Source: the human T2T-CHM13v2.0 reference genome, Homo sapiens
DNA length: 64,000 nt
Assembly (NCBI RefSeq): GCF_009914755.1
Contig: NC_060930.1
Direction: 5' to 3' (one strand)
Part shown: piece by piece, positions 46,711 to 64,000 of the stretch
Layout: the number at the start of each line of letters is the position of its first letter
Numbering within the stretch: position 1 is the stretch's first letter
Position numbers and translations under genes: made by a program
The notes under the pieces: generated by a model
The model's database searches: none
Seen by the model: only the letters and a program-made list of their open reading frames with translations
What the model was told of the DNA's origin: nothing

Positions 46711-47571
46711 TAGTATATACACATTAGTTGATTATAGATAATCTCATATCAAATTGGCACAGTTTAACAATCATTAAAATATTAATAAGCATGAGAGTGA
46801 ACTTCAAATTGGCCATATCCAAGAACTCTGTCATAGTTCTTTCTCTTGTCAGGATATTCTGCCTACTTTTAGATATCCTATATTTCAGGGTTCTTCTAGT
46901 GAGACAATTTGCAAAAATCTTCAAATTTTGGATCTCCCTGGTTTCATAATGCCTCCAAAAACTAAATATTTCCTAACAATCTCTCTTCTCCAGACTGGGA
47001 TATAGTATTTAATAATGTAATAATATTCCACTAAGTACAACATTCCCATTAGTTCTCATATTACCTTATGGCAGTATGGGTATTCTCAAATCTTCAGAGA
47101 CTTCTGTTGGGGACAAGAACTTTTGCTTTAGTAGCTTTAGAGGCTTTGTAACTTACCTACTGGGAGATGCAGTATTCATCTGTCATGTAATTGTCAATAT
47201 TTTAGTTCCACTGCACTAGAGAAGTATTTCTCTACCCTTCAGACCTACCATTCCCTTTACTATTCTGAAATAAAATTCATAGATAATACTACCTACCTAC
47301 CTATGAAATAATTTCAAAAGTATCAATATGTTACCTTAACTATAATATGAAGGAGAAGGAAAAGGAAAGTGATTTATAATCGAATAATATGCATTTCAGC
47401 ATGTAAATGACTGGATGAAATAGATGCTTACACCTATTAGAATCACTGAATACAACTACAAATGCAGCCTGATTTATGAATTATATTTGTGAATCTAATA
47501 CCATAAGTGGTTTTATTTCCCTGAAATGGTGAAAAATTCCTAATAACATTGAAACAAAAAATGTATATTTT

Positions 47572-47875
47572 GGCTGGACGTGGTGGCTCATGCCTGTAAT
47601 CCCAGCGCTTTAGGAGGCTGAGGTGGGCAGGTCACTTGAGCCCAAGAGTTTGATGCCAGCCTGGGCAACCTGGTGAAACCCCATCTCTACAAAAAAAATT
47701 AAAAGTTAGCCATACATGGTGGTGTGTGCCTGTAGTCCCAGCTACTTAGGAGGCTGAAGTCAGAGGATCACCTGAGCCTGGAGAGGTCAAGGCTGCAGTG
47801 AACTGTAATTGTACCGCTGCACTCCAGCCTGGGTGATAGAGTGAGACCCTGTCTCAAAAAAAGAAAGAAAAAAAA
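47572..47875 (+). mobile_element. AluJ
   Basis: Full dimer, TSD aaaaaatgtatattt. Confidence 0.93.
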
Positions 47876-48187
47876 TGTATATTTCCTTGATTTTCCAATA
47901 CATATAAAAGCTATGCAAAATACTTTGTATGTATGCATAAAGTGTTACTAGGTTTTAGTTTCAGGTAATTATTAACAACTTTTTTGAAAGTCAGGTAGGA
48001 TAAATGACAGTTCTTTGTTCTGCAGGAATGTCTATCATCCCTGGCCCCCATTAAATTCTAATAGTACTATCCAATCATTGTGACAACCCAAAATAACCTC
48101 ACAAATTCTCCAGAGTCTCCCTAGGATGCCATCTTGAGGAGCACTGTAATAAAAGAGAGAGGTTATAGTGAACTGACAATAAAATAA

Positions 48188-48651
48188 TGTGTTAGGCCAT
48201 TCTTGCATTGCTATGGAAATGAAATACCTGAGACTGGGTAATTTATAGAGAAAATAGATTTAATTGGCTCACAGTTCTGCAGGCTGTGCAAGCATTTCTC
48301 CAGCATCTGCTTCTGGTGAGGGCCTCAGGAACTTTCCAATTATGGTGGAAGGTAAAGGCGGAGCAAGCATGTCACATGGTAAGAGCAGGGGCAAGAGACA
48401 GCAAGGGAGGGGAGGTCCCAAACTTTTAAGCAACTAAATCTCACATGAACTAACTGAGGAAGAACTCACTTATCACCAAGAGGATGCTGCTAAACCAATC
48501 AGGAGGAAACTGCCCCCATGATCCAACCATCTCCCACCAGGCCCCACTTCCAACATTGGGAATCACATTTTTTTCTTTTTTTCAGGGGAGGCTGGGGAGG
48601 AATCACATTTCAGCATGAGATTTGGAGGGAACAAATATCTAAACCATATCA
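48188..48651 (-). mobile_element. MST solo LTR
   Basis: tgtgttaggccattcttgcattgc...aaaccatatca. Confidence 0.88.
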
Positions 48652-48672
48652 AATAACAATGGAGGAGCTTAA

Positions 48673-49098
<426 letters not shown>

Positions 49099-49705
49099 TG
49101 ACTCCTGCATCAACCCAGTAGCAGGGCTTTTTATCTTCCCTGTTTTCAGTTGAAAGGCATGTTCTTGGCAAAGCTGAACACAGACAGCATCATCATGTTA
49201 CTTGAGGTTCTCCATGCATGGCTTCTTGGCACATATCCTCCAAGGCTAACCTCCACATCTGAGAGGTCCCAGTCTATGAGAAAGGAAAGATTTTTATGAA
49301 GCCAGATTAACTCCCTAATCTCATGGATATCAAATTATGCTGTAAGCAGAAATATTTGGGGAACTGTTATACAGTTCATTGCCTCCTTTAATACACAAGG
49401 ACTCCAAGTGAATTAACAAGAGGAGGGGTTAAACAAGCTTTAATGAGGAAATTTAGAGTCCAGGGATGGGCAAGAAGAAAAGGCACAGGTTCCCAGATCT
49501 TCCTATTTTCCTGACAAAGGCTGCTGGAGCCAGGGTACTCTGCTGGACACTCTGATAGGTTGGTGTTCCAGGAGAGGTCCTTGCTGCCCTGTTGCTCTCC
49601 CTTCTTATAATACAAGTGAAAAACAACATTGTCAGTGTGGACATAAACACACTACTTGGTGCCAGGCAATATGAATGTGAGGTGTTTGCTTTTTAAACAA
49701 GAGTT

Positions 49706-50067
<362 letters not shown>

Positions 50068-50570
50068 TCAGCCCCTCTGTAGAGAGAAGGGGCCTCCTGT
50101 CCTATGGAAAGCTGAGTTTCTGTTTTATACCCGCCTGCTGTGAGAAGAATGTTAGGGGTCAAAAGATAGTACAAGTTAGCACTTTGTTCAAGCAACCTAG
50201 ACTGTATTTCTGAGGCTCTTTCTGGACATTCAACTTGTCAAGTCACATGAACGTATTAAAATACAAATGCCTGGGTCCCATCAGACTTGCTGGGTCCAAA
50301 GCAAGGTTCAGATATCTGGAGTAACAAGTGTCATAAGTAATTCTGATGTGTATGTGTGTATGTATGTAACCTGTGTGTGTGTATGTAACCCGTCTTTTGG
50401 CATCTAATTTTAGTCCCTTTTAGAGACTCATTTTCTCCAGCCCCTCCTGCCATAGACCCTGTGAAAGCTCACGCTACCTTTTCTATAGATAAAAACACTG
50501 AGATTGAGCTCTGAATAGCTCTGTGTCTTCAGCACCAGCAGCCTTGTGTTAAATCATTTCTAATCTGCAG

Positions 50571-50679
50571 GAACCCCAGCATGTTAATTGAACTTGATCA
50601 CCCAGTTGAAGGAAGAATAATAGTAGATGTTGGATCTTCAGGAAGCTGAAGAGGGCAGTGCCCAGAAATACCTGTCTTG
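50571..50679 (+). other. ZNF391: ZNF391 predicted 5'UTR exon 2, a dead KRAB-B exon (109 nt)
   Basis: tgcag|GAACC...CTTG|gtgagt. Reads (G)TPAC*LNLITQLKEE***MLDLQEAEE/fs/AVPRNTCL(G), versus KRAB-B G...KP.LI.QLE..EEPW.LD... Confidence 0.8.
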
Positions 50680-51331
50680 GTGAGTAGTGTCATAAGAAGA
50701 CCAGCAATTTGATGTTGAGAAGATGAGATCTAGTCCAAGCCCTTGCAATTTGTTGGGTCATGTAGGCAAGTGACTCAATCTGTTTTCTATCTGTCAGATG
50801 AGTGGGTTGGCCTAGATGATGTCTAAGTTCTGCTAAATCTCTGATAGTCTAGGACTGTAGACTTCTTTAGAAGAATACCTGAAGTATAATAATTGGAAGA
50901 AGGGTTGAGAGGCAAATGGGGATAGCAGTGTGGTCGTTACTATTTCTGAAATTTTTATTCTCTTTCAATCCCAGGAAAATGGTTGCATTCAAACTTGATC
51001 AAGTCATCTTTCTTTTTTCCATTTCTTTTTTCTACACTTGAGAGTCTTGATTCTTCTCATCCTTCTCCTTGCTCTCATTTTCCATGATTAATCAACTACC
51101 ATAATAGGTCATTTTACCTTTTAATCCCCAACTCTCTGTCATCAGCTGGTACACCTGCTCATTTCCATTTGTTTGGGTTAGCATATTACCCAATAACTCT
51201 TTCCCTATTTCTTGATGTCTCTGTGTTCACCATGCCTACTGCAAAAATTCTGCCTGTTATCTCTTCTGGCTTTGTTCTCCTCCACTATCCTTTTTTGTTT
51301 ACTCCTCATATAAAGTTGCTAGTATGCATGA

Positions 51332-52576
<1,245 letters not shown>

Positions 52577-52714
52577 TATCTGAGCTTTTATTAATGTTAG
52601 CATAAGAACACATATACCTAACCTCCCACCACTGAAATATATATATTTCAAGTATATATATACTTGTTCTAATTTTCTTTTATTAGATACCTATACCCGT
52701 TTTAAGCTTTCATT

Positions 52715-52820
52715 CGTTCTTTCCATCCATCTATCCTTCTTTCGTCTCCCCTCCCTTCTTCCCTCCTTCCCTCCTTCCTACTTTTTCTCCCTCTCCCTGT
52801 TCTTTCTTTCTCTTTTCTCA
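52715..52820. repeat. CT-rich low-complexity tract
   Basis: Polypyrimidine run in the 3'UTR. Confidence 0.8.
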
Positions 52821-52831
52821 AATAAGTTCAC

Positions 52832-52837
52832 AATAAA
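52832..52837 (+). terminator. ZNF391: Candidate proximal poly(A) signal of ZNF391
   Basis: First AATAAA after the stop codon. Confidence 0.45.
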
Positions 52838-53734
52838 ACAAAGGGATGACTCAAAAAACATAACATATGAAATCTAATATTCTGAAGGGCTCCAACTTTA
52901 GAGTATAAAGCTATCTGACACCTTGTAGTTTCTCTGCTAATCTATTCCTTCAAGCGTGGGTCCCCGAACCACCAGGTTCTCCTCTGTTTTCTAACCACAT
53001 CAGCCCCTGCACATGAAGAGAAAATCCTGTGTGTGTGTCTTCATACTTGCTGGCTCTAGTACCAGAAGAGAGGGATCTGGCTTCAGAGCAGGACTGAAAA
53101 CTTCTCACCAGTCTGGGGATAATAGTGTTGAGGCAAATTCATTCTCTTGACTTGCAAAAACAGATTTTTCTCATCTTCCTCCTTCTCTCACCTTTTTTGC
53201 AGTAGCATTTTTCCTCAAAGTATAACTCATTTTTTTACTAATGCCTAACTAATCCTAGTGTTATTTTATCATATTTTTACCAAGAATGTTCTAAAAATCT
53301 TGGAGACGTTCCTCCATGATCTTGGGAAAAAAAGTTGCCAAATGCTGTGCTGTTTTTTTTGTTTGTTTTTAATTTTCTTTCATTTACAGATTTCAGGAAA
53401 CTTATATTCTGTGGCTTTGACCCTCACCAATCTTGGAAGATTGATCTCTCAAGGACAAACCCAGTGCCTATTTCTCAGTCCTTTTTCTACTTGACATTTG
53501 CAGAATTGGCACTTTTTGCCACTGTTATGCCTTAAATCTTGAGCTTCTTTCAGGATCCATGATTCTGTGCTGATCTACACTTTTCCTACCTCTCAGCATT
53601 TCTTTGATTGTCAATGATCAGCTCTGTGATTTGGGGCAAGGGTTAGGCCAGAATTATCTCATTTTATCAAGTTATAAAACTTGAGGTAGTGCAACTAGAT
53701 TATACACTTCTTGAAGACAGAAATCTTGGTTTGT

Positions 53735-54018
53735 TTGTTGTTTTATTTTTGAGAGAAGGTCTTGCTGTGTTGCCCAGGCTGGAGTGCAATGGCACAATCA
53801 TAGCTCACTGTAGCCTTGAACTCCTGGGCTCCTGCCACAGCCTCCTGAGTAGCTAGGGCTGCAAGTGTGTACCACCACACCCACAATTTTAAAGTTTTTT
53901 TGTGGAGACAGGATCTCACTATATTGGCAAGGCTGGCCTCCATCTCCTGAACTCAAACAATTCTCCCACCTCGGCTTCCGAAAACACTGACATTACAGGT
54001 GTGAGCCACCACACCTGC
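53735..54018 (-). mobile_element. AluJ
   Basis: Antisense diverged dimer, flanks agaaatcttg. Confidence 0.9.
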
Positions 54019-55746
54019 CAGAAATCTTGTTTTTGATTGATATAAAACATCACAAAGTACTGAGTAGACACTAAATGCTCTGTAATTATTGCTCACTGAT
54101 TCCTCTTTATCTGTAATCAATCAACTTGACTTTATTTGATATGGATTAATAATTGATTTCTTTCTCTCTTTCTACTGCTGCTTCCAAGTTCTTGGTACCT
54201 TGTGCCTAGATTACTAAATTGATCACTGTTGACTCACTACCATTATCTAGCTCCTTACTAAACTACTACTTTGTTAAAAAAAAAATAGTCGTTTCCCAGT
54301 GACCTCTGCCCCAAATGTAAACTTCTTTAACCTAAAGGTCTTTCATAGTTTGATCTACTTATTTACTTCCTTTCTCTTCTCAAAGATAATACATGCGGGC
54401 AGGCCTGTTTTGTCCCTACTATACCCTCTTCTCACACTTTTCTTCTTTTCAAACTGTTCCTTGGCACTTCTACATGTCCTACTTTCTTCGTTGTATTCCA
54501 GAAACCCTATCCACCCTTTTTTAAAGGCCATGCTCATATCCTGACTCTGTGACACTTTCAGTCCCCTGCCTTCTTAGAAATCCTTTGTAGTGATGGTTTG
54601 CATTATTCTCCTGTATTAGACACCTTCTTTACTGTTTTCTGGTTCTTTCACAAGTACTTTTTTACATAAGCTGTTTTGAAGTTGTAAATCATCCTAAATC
54701 TTTTATAAGCCTCATATAATACATAGTACAATGCCAGCCTGGACTCTAGTTTTAATCTAAATACATAGGGTTTAATTTAGCAGCATAATCTTTTTAGTCT
54801 TTTGAATGATGAGGTAACCTCATAGGTATTTTGGCCCATTTTGTTTTTCCTTGAATTACATATATAACTGACTATTTAGACTGACTCCTTTAGATCTCCT
54901 GGGATGCTGACCTCTTGGCTTTCCAATTCATGAGACTATTGTAAAGAATAAGTGAGTTCATTCATGTAAAGTAGTAAAACAGTGCCTGACAAAAGTAAAT
55001 GCTCAATAAATTCTAATTGTTATGATTCTAGTGATTCACATCTGCCTATAGCTTTTTATTTTATTCCCTGCAGAGCCTTTAACTTCATTACTAGAAATGG
55101 AAAACTAGGATCACAATCAAATAAGCTAGAAGGTATTTCTTTTATCATAATAGGCAATAGCTATTTTATTATAACTCCATTGTGTGTAAAAAAATGACTC
55201 AAGATGGCGAACAAGATACAGTAAAATAGAAAACAACACATACAAATGAGCACTAGGAGATCAGGACAAGTTATGATAACCTACACAGGCAGTCAGTTAG
55301 GGATACAAACTGAGCATTCTGGCAACCAAAATGAGAAGGTCATTTGCTTACATTGTTTTAGAAGGAAAAAAATATGTCCATTCTTCAAGGAAAACAAAGC
55401 TTTTCTAATACTTAGAATTAAGATGAATTACTCCATTGGTCTTCATGTAATTATACAATGTCTTTGATATAAAAAAATTTATATTTCATAACACCTAGTA
55501 TACAGCAGTTTCTCTGGTGAATAAATATTTAGTTCATAGCAGAAAGTCCAGAAAGGCAGATGCGAAGATTGTTCTTAGGATGGAGTGAGGTTTGCAGGAG
55601 CAGGGGGGAGAGTATATTAAGTAATGAAATATTTACTGGGTACCAGAAGAAACGCTCTTTGTAGATATTTGAGTACAGTTATGAACCACACAAGGACATT
55701 TTGGTCAATAATGGACTGCAGAAATGACAGTGATCACATAAGATTA

Positions 55747-56188
<442 letters not shown>

Positions 56189-56230
56189 CTATATCACTGG
56201 TTTGTGTATTTACCTTACTTTTTATTGTTA

Positions 56231-56291
56231 TTAGGTTGGTGCAAAAGTAACTGCAATGGCAAAAACGGCAATTACTTTTGCACCAATTTAA
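56231..56291. mobile_element. MADE1 (Hsmar1 MITE), internally shortened
   Basis: ttaggttggtgcaaaagtaa...ttacttttgcaccaatttaa inverted repeats, TA flanks. Confidence 0.88.
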
Positions 56292-56486
56292 TATTTTAGA
56301 GTGTACTTCTACTTATTTAAAAAAAGTTAACTGTAAAACAGCCTCAGGCAGATCCTACAGAAGGTATTCCAGAAGAAGGCATTGTTATCATAGGAGATGA
56401 CAGCTCCATGCATATTACTGCTCCTGGAAGACTTTCCAGTCAGCTAAGATGTGAAGCTGTAAAACAGTGATATTGATAATCCCGAC

Positions 56487-58262
56487 TGCCCCGCTGTCTA
56501 CACCTGGTTTCAAACCATATGGTGTCAGTACTAGGCTGGACTGCACCAGCAGTCCAGGCAGCAGTGGCACCCCAACTAGACATAGCTGTGTACCATGTCC
56601 TATTAGGAATGGAAGAACACCCTTTCTAACAGTGAAGGCTCGGGGTCTAGGGGTGCCCCAGGCCCCATGGCCTTATCTTGCATTAGGACTACAGGTTCCA
56701 AGACCTCTTGCAACTCTGCTGCTAAGGGACTTATACTTAGCGTACTCCACTGCTCTAAGTAGGTGCCCCACTTCGCTAAAGTGGATGTCTGTGCTGTCCC
56801 AGTCTGGGGGGGTCATTGCTCATGAACGCACCCATCCCACTATGGGGTAAGCCATCCACACGACTGTAACCCATCCAGCCACGCTCTTATGAACCTGAAG
56901 GGCAGCATATATGGTTACTAACTGCTTCTTTATTAATGAACACTGGGGCTCAGCTCCCTTCCATAGCTGGGACTAAAAGCTGACTGGCGCTTCCAAGCAC
57001 TCCATATACTGCCATAGGCCCTAGCCAACTCTATTGGTGGTTACATGCACATCTAGTTTAAATGGGCACCCTGGTTAACCACCCAGAGGGCTTATGTCAT
57101 CAGAAGGGCTGTTTCAGCCTCATCATCCCAATCCCAGGCAAGAGGGGTGTTGTGGCCTCCAAACCAGCAAAAGAACTAGAGGTTAACATAACATCATTAA
57201 TAAGAAAATGATATATAATGGGGCTATACATATAGCCCTGCAGCAACACTATGAAAGTCCATTGTCGCCCTCCCATGAAGGCAAACTGTTCCTGGCTCTC
57301 TGGAGCAATGCTGATTGAGAAGAATGCATTGGTCAAGTCCACCACACAGTGGCACCATCCCAGTTCTGTTGTCAAACGGTCCATCAAGTCCATGACAGGT
57401 GGCACAGCTGCCAAGTCTTGCAAAACATCCACCCCCAAGAATGTCCTCAGGCATGCAAGAGACATACACAGTGCATAAGTGGAGAGCCAAGCAGCTGATG
57501 CCCAGGTGCAAAGACACAGGTTTCACTTTCACTGACCAGCTTTCATAGCTGTCTATGCAGCCTTCCCTGGAAACTTATCCGGGTCCAGGGACCAGTGGAT
57601 TGCCAAGTCCATATATGGCCTTTGGTTGTCTGGTATCCCCTACCAAGCCGGGCACCTTGGCCAGTTCTCTTATCAAACAGAAAATGCTTTATACTTCCAC
57701 CAACTGCAGCAGGTACTCTTTGAACTGGAACACTCTGGCAGGACCAGGTTGCGCAGCAACATCCTTCTCCCAAATGACTTGCACCAAGTCTGTACAAGAG
57801 TGCCAACATTACTTGCTTAACTCCTACAACTTAGCAGGGGCACAGACAACATAGGAAGTGTGCTCCACCACAGTAGGGGGTCTCTGGCCCACCCTTGGGG
57901 CCCAACAGCTGCTCATGCTCTATTTTCTGGCAGACCATTGGGTGAACCTGTAACGGAGGTTCTTCCTCCCTGTGTGCATCCCTCAGGGACTGGGCAGGCA
58001 CTTCCTGCAGCAAAGTCACAAACATCCATCTGACTCTGGCGGTAAAAGCATGCTGCATCTCAGTGCTGTGCATTTCCAGGTGCTTCAGCGCCTTCTCCAC
58101 ACTTGCGGGGGACCCATCCACTGCCTCCCATGTTTCCACTGAAGCCCATCCTCGCAGCACAGCTGCCACTGGGTACCACAGCCCATGCTGCAGCCACATA
58201 GCCAACCCAGGAACCCTCAGGGGCTGAAGACCTACTCACCTCATCCCATTCTCATTGCCAGT
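56487..58262 (-). mobile_element. HERV-S/HERVL18-like internal remnant (gag, pro, RT relics)
   Basis: RT motifs VVDLTNAFFSI...EQFAF...LLQGYMYSP (57100-57465), gag-like 57831-58205, PBS at 58243-58260. Heavily deleted, no 3' LTR. Confidence 0.8.
58243..58260 (-). other. Primer binding site, tRNA-Ser type
   Basis: + strand atcccattctcattgcca matches the recalled tRNA-Ser(GCT) 3' end ATCCCATCCTCGTCGCCA at 15/18, 2 nt from the LTR end. Confidence 0.75.
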
Positions 58263-58855
58263 TGTTAGGTTTAGGGTTCGGGTCCAGCCCATGCTGAGGT
58301 ACAAGGGAGTGGGTCCCTGGGCAAATAGATAACAGAACACTTGTGGGGGACGTAGGCAGGTGAAAGATGATTTTGTTCAGCAGCAGCTCTCATCATCAGC
58401 TTACTCACATATCACTTACACCAGGTCTCTCACACTGTCCACCCTGTCTCGGCTGCTTGAGCCAGCTGCTCCCACACACAGCTGCAGGGCTGGCTCTTCC
58501 TTGCCTTCAGAGTTAGCAGCTTAACTCTTTCTCTCTATGGGCACGAGCTGGTTCCCGGCTCCCCCTGCCCATCTGCCAGTTGGTCATTCTTCCTTACAGG
58601 GGCCAGTAGCTTCACTCTCTCTCTGGGCAGCAGCGCCTGCACAAGAGCCATGTCAAGCTAAGCCCTATGCACAGTGTCAGCAGGACAATTATACCTTTTA
58701 CAGACAATAGTGGCTCAGAGCCAAGTATGAACTTACACAAACAGGTTATATAACAAGTGGAGGTGTGTGCCTGCACGCCAAACTTGCTGAGTCATGCAAG
58801 CCTGGATGTCCACCTTGGCCTATTCCTTGACCCAAACACATCCATGTACCTTACA
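58263..58855 (-). mobile_element. LTR18-like 5' LTR
   Basis: TG...CA ends (tgttagg...ttaca), adjacent PBS. Confidence 0.78.
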
Positions 58856-60828
<1,973 letters not shown>

Positions 60829-61625
60829 GTTATAGTAAGTTAAGATTAATTATTGAAGAAAAATACGTTAAAAATAAATTTAGTGCAGCCTAATGTACAG
60901 TGTTTATAAAGTCTACAGTAGTGTAGTCTTCATGAGACGAACTATAATATCCTAGGCCTTCATATTCACTCACTACTCATTCACTGATACCTAGAGCAAC
61001 TTCCAGTCCTATAAGCTCTACTCACAGGAAGTGCCCCATATATGTGTGCCATTTTAAAATGTTTTATACTGAATTTTTACTATACCTTTTCTATGTTTAG
61101 ATATATTATGATACACAAATATTTACCATTGTATTACAATTGCCTCTAGTATTCAGTACAGTAACGTGATGTACAGGTTTGTGGCCTAGAAGAAATAGAC
61201 TATGCCATATAGTCTAGGTGTGTAGTTGGCTATACCATGTAGGTTTGTGAAAGTATACTCTATGATGTTACAAGGACAAAATTACCTAATGATGCACTTT
61301 TCAGAACATACTGCTTTCATTAAGTGACATGACTGTAATTTAATTCACCACATTATGGGAAGAGGAAATTAAAATATACAGATGTTGAATGACTTACACA
61401 GGGACCAGGATTTTACTCCAGTTCTGCCGACTCCAGTACTGGATCTCTTAAGCTGGATCCTAGCAGATCTGAGAAAGAAAGGGAACTGTGTAAGGAAAGT
61501 CAGAGAGGTGGGAAAATGTTCTCAGTTTAAGTAGGTGAACTGACTTGCTTATGGCAGAGGGTTCGTTGAAAAGAAATTGGTGATTTGGAATTTCATAGCT
61601 ACATGATGGCAGCCTTTAGTATTAG

Positions 61626-61988
<363 letters not shown>

Positions 61989-62134
61989 TAAGTCTGGCTT
62001 GAGGGTGAAGATTAATCTGGTAGAAGAGACTGTATGGTTCAGAAATGAGAGATGGTAGGCAGAAACTAGGTGGGAAGCTGGGGTTCTTAAAACAGCGGTA
62101 TTGGGAAACAGAAGTGGACAGATGAGGAAACTGG

Positions 62135-62500
62135 TGTCTTTGTGCTACTACAACAAAAACTTGTGTGGAGTAATTTATAAAGAAATTTTTTTCTCACAGT
62201 TCTGGGGGCTAGAAGTCCAATGTCAAGGCACCAGACCGGTTGGTATTTGGAGAGGGCTTCTGTGTGCTTTCAAGATGGTGCCTTGTTGCACAACCTCCAG
62301 AGGGGACAAATGCTATATGGCCTCACATAGGGGAAGTGACGGAAGGGCAAAAGAGGCTTAAAACTCCAGGCCTTTTATGAGGCACTAACCATTCATGAGG
62401 AATGAGTTCTCATGATTTAATCACTTCCCAAAGACCCCACCTCCTACACCACCACAATGGGGATTAAGTTTCAATATACGAATTTTGGGGATGTTCCGAA
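62135..62500 (-). mobile_element. MLT1A-type MaLR LTR
   Basis: ttctcacagttctggggg...ccaaagaccccacctc...ggggattaagtttcaa. Confidence 0.75.
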
Positions 62501-62899
62501 AGCAAACAGAAAAAGAAAGATCCAGTGAAACTGGTGACTAGATACGGGCAAGGGACCAGTGGCTACATTCCTTAAAGTGGTATTGTTACTTAACTTACAT
62601 GTAAGCTATTAGGGTGTGCAGAGGGGGATTTCTGACATATACTCAGCAGTCATGAACACAAAGCATAATGTAGGTTGAATGTCTGATGAAAATAGCCTAT
62701 ATCTTTAATACAAAGTCAATAAGTGGAACCAGAAACTTTGGGGTTTGCAGTGAGGAAGTCCAGATAGAAGGCCCGAGGGTAACAGTGATCCAGAGAAGTC
62801 AGACCTATTTTGAGAAGAAATTAAGGGTCTTTTAATGTGGCCCAAATTACTGTGACTTGGCTCTCACATTTAAGTAGAACATCTTCAAAATAATCTCCT

Positions 62900-63690
62900 A
62901 TTTTACAAGGAGGCTATATCTAGGTGCTTGGCATGGGCCCTTACTTTTCTGTCAGCCAGCAGGTGGAGGAAGAGAAAGGCCCCTGTGGAGGCCAGCCGCC
63001 CTCCCTCCTCACTTGCCCAGGGCCCCTAGCCCATCCCTTGGTGGGAATCCCAGTAGGTGAGGAGGGGCATGACAGCTAATACTGCGGGGTGGATGAGGAG
63101 CCTCTGGGCACTACTCTCTGGACGTGCTCCTGGCCCGTCACGCCCCCAGTAGGCTGGCTGGGACCACCGCAACATGGTGGCTGTGGGCACTCCTAGAAGA
63201 TGAGGGCCGGCAACTGCCACAAACTCCATTTGACAGCTTTTGGGTGGAGCCGTGGGTGTTGGGTGGGGCGGTATTTAAAATAAGATCAGCCAAGAGCAAG
63301 AAGAGCTTGGTGTCCTGGAACTGGCCAGCATCTCCTAGGAAACATAGTCTGCGAGGTTGCACGCTCAGGGCCACACGGTTCCACAGTTGGTAGGAGTTGC
63401 CCCAGGCCACCATCAGCGAGGTGAAGCAAATGCTCAGAGCAGAGAGCTGGGCCGGTTGGGTCAGCACGCCTTCCCTACTGTCAGGAGCAGTGTAGGGTTA
63501 GAGACAACCAGGTCCATGCATGTGTGTCTTTCCACAATGTCAGGCTTTTACTAACGCTATTCCAGTCACAAAAGTCATGAGCTACATGCAGTTCCCAAGG
63601 TGGCAATTCTCCTTAGTACTTCCCCTTCACTCTGTAGTCAGAGCTATGGGCACACAGGCATAAGCCACTCCATAAGTCAGTAAATATTGT
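62900..63690. mobile_element. Probable ERV-derived sequence, family not assigned
   Basis: GC-richer LTR/leader-like segment abutting a MER4-type LTR. Confidence 0.35.
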
Positions 63691-63696
63691 AAATAT

Positions 63697-63905
63697 TGAC
63701 GAAAAGAGTCAAACTCTAAAATATTTGAAGAGATTTATCCTAAGCCAAATATGAGTGACCATGGCCTGTGACACAGCCCCAGGACATCCTAAGAACATGT
63801 GCCCATAGCTTGGCTTTATACGTTTTAGAAAGACATAAGACATCAATCAATACATGAAAGATGTACATTGGTTTGGTTGGGAAAGGCAGGGGCTTCCAGG
63901 TCATA
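63697..63905 (-). mobile_element. MER4-group LTR fragment
   Basis: aagagtcaaactct...ccaaatatgagtgaccatggcctgtgacacagcc...agacatcaatcaataca, homologous to the reverse of the 28.5 kb MER4. Confidence 0.75.
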
Positions 63906-63911
63906 CATGGT

Positions 63912-64000
63912 GAGAGAATCACTTGAGCCCAGAAGTTTGAGGCTTCAGTGAGCTATGTTTATGCCACTGTACTCCAGTCTGAGTGACAGAGCAAGACCCT
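63912..64000 (+). mobile_element. Alu fragment, cut by window end
   Basis: Right-arm Alu sequence. Confidence 0.85.

Overview
Primate genomic DNA, recognised from the proteins as the human chr6p22.1 ZNF204P-ZNF391-MCFD2P1 region (recognition from memory, not a database search). The window holds one intact protein-coding gene, ZNF391 (+ strand, 358 aa, 9 C2H2 fingers, no KRAB, with a dead KRAB-B exon in its predicted 5'UTR). Head-to-head with it is the decayed KRAB-zinc-finger gene ZNF204P (- strand). Its ~18-19 finger exon is broken, but its ATG exon and KRAB-A exon are open and splice in frame to a predicted 74-aa KRAB-only peptide. There are two CpG-island promoters (~25.7-26.5 kb and ~39.7-40.5 kb). 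A 5'-truncated MCFD2 retrocopy is fused to a HERV-S/LTR18 remnant inside a Tigger3. Most of the rest is interspersed repeat: two old L1s, about 28 Alus, solo LTRs (LTR3-like, MER52, MER61, MER4, LTR7, LTR12C), a two-LTR MST provirus and DNA-transposon relics. No tRNA, rRNA or CRISPR was seen. The best lead is the complementary decay of the two zinc-finger genes (KRAB-only versus fingers-only); any function for it is hypothetical. Repeat subfamily names are from recalled consensus sequences, and old-repeat boundaries are approximate.
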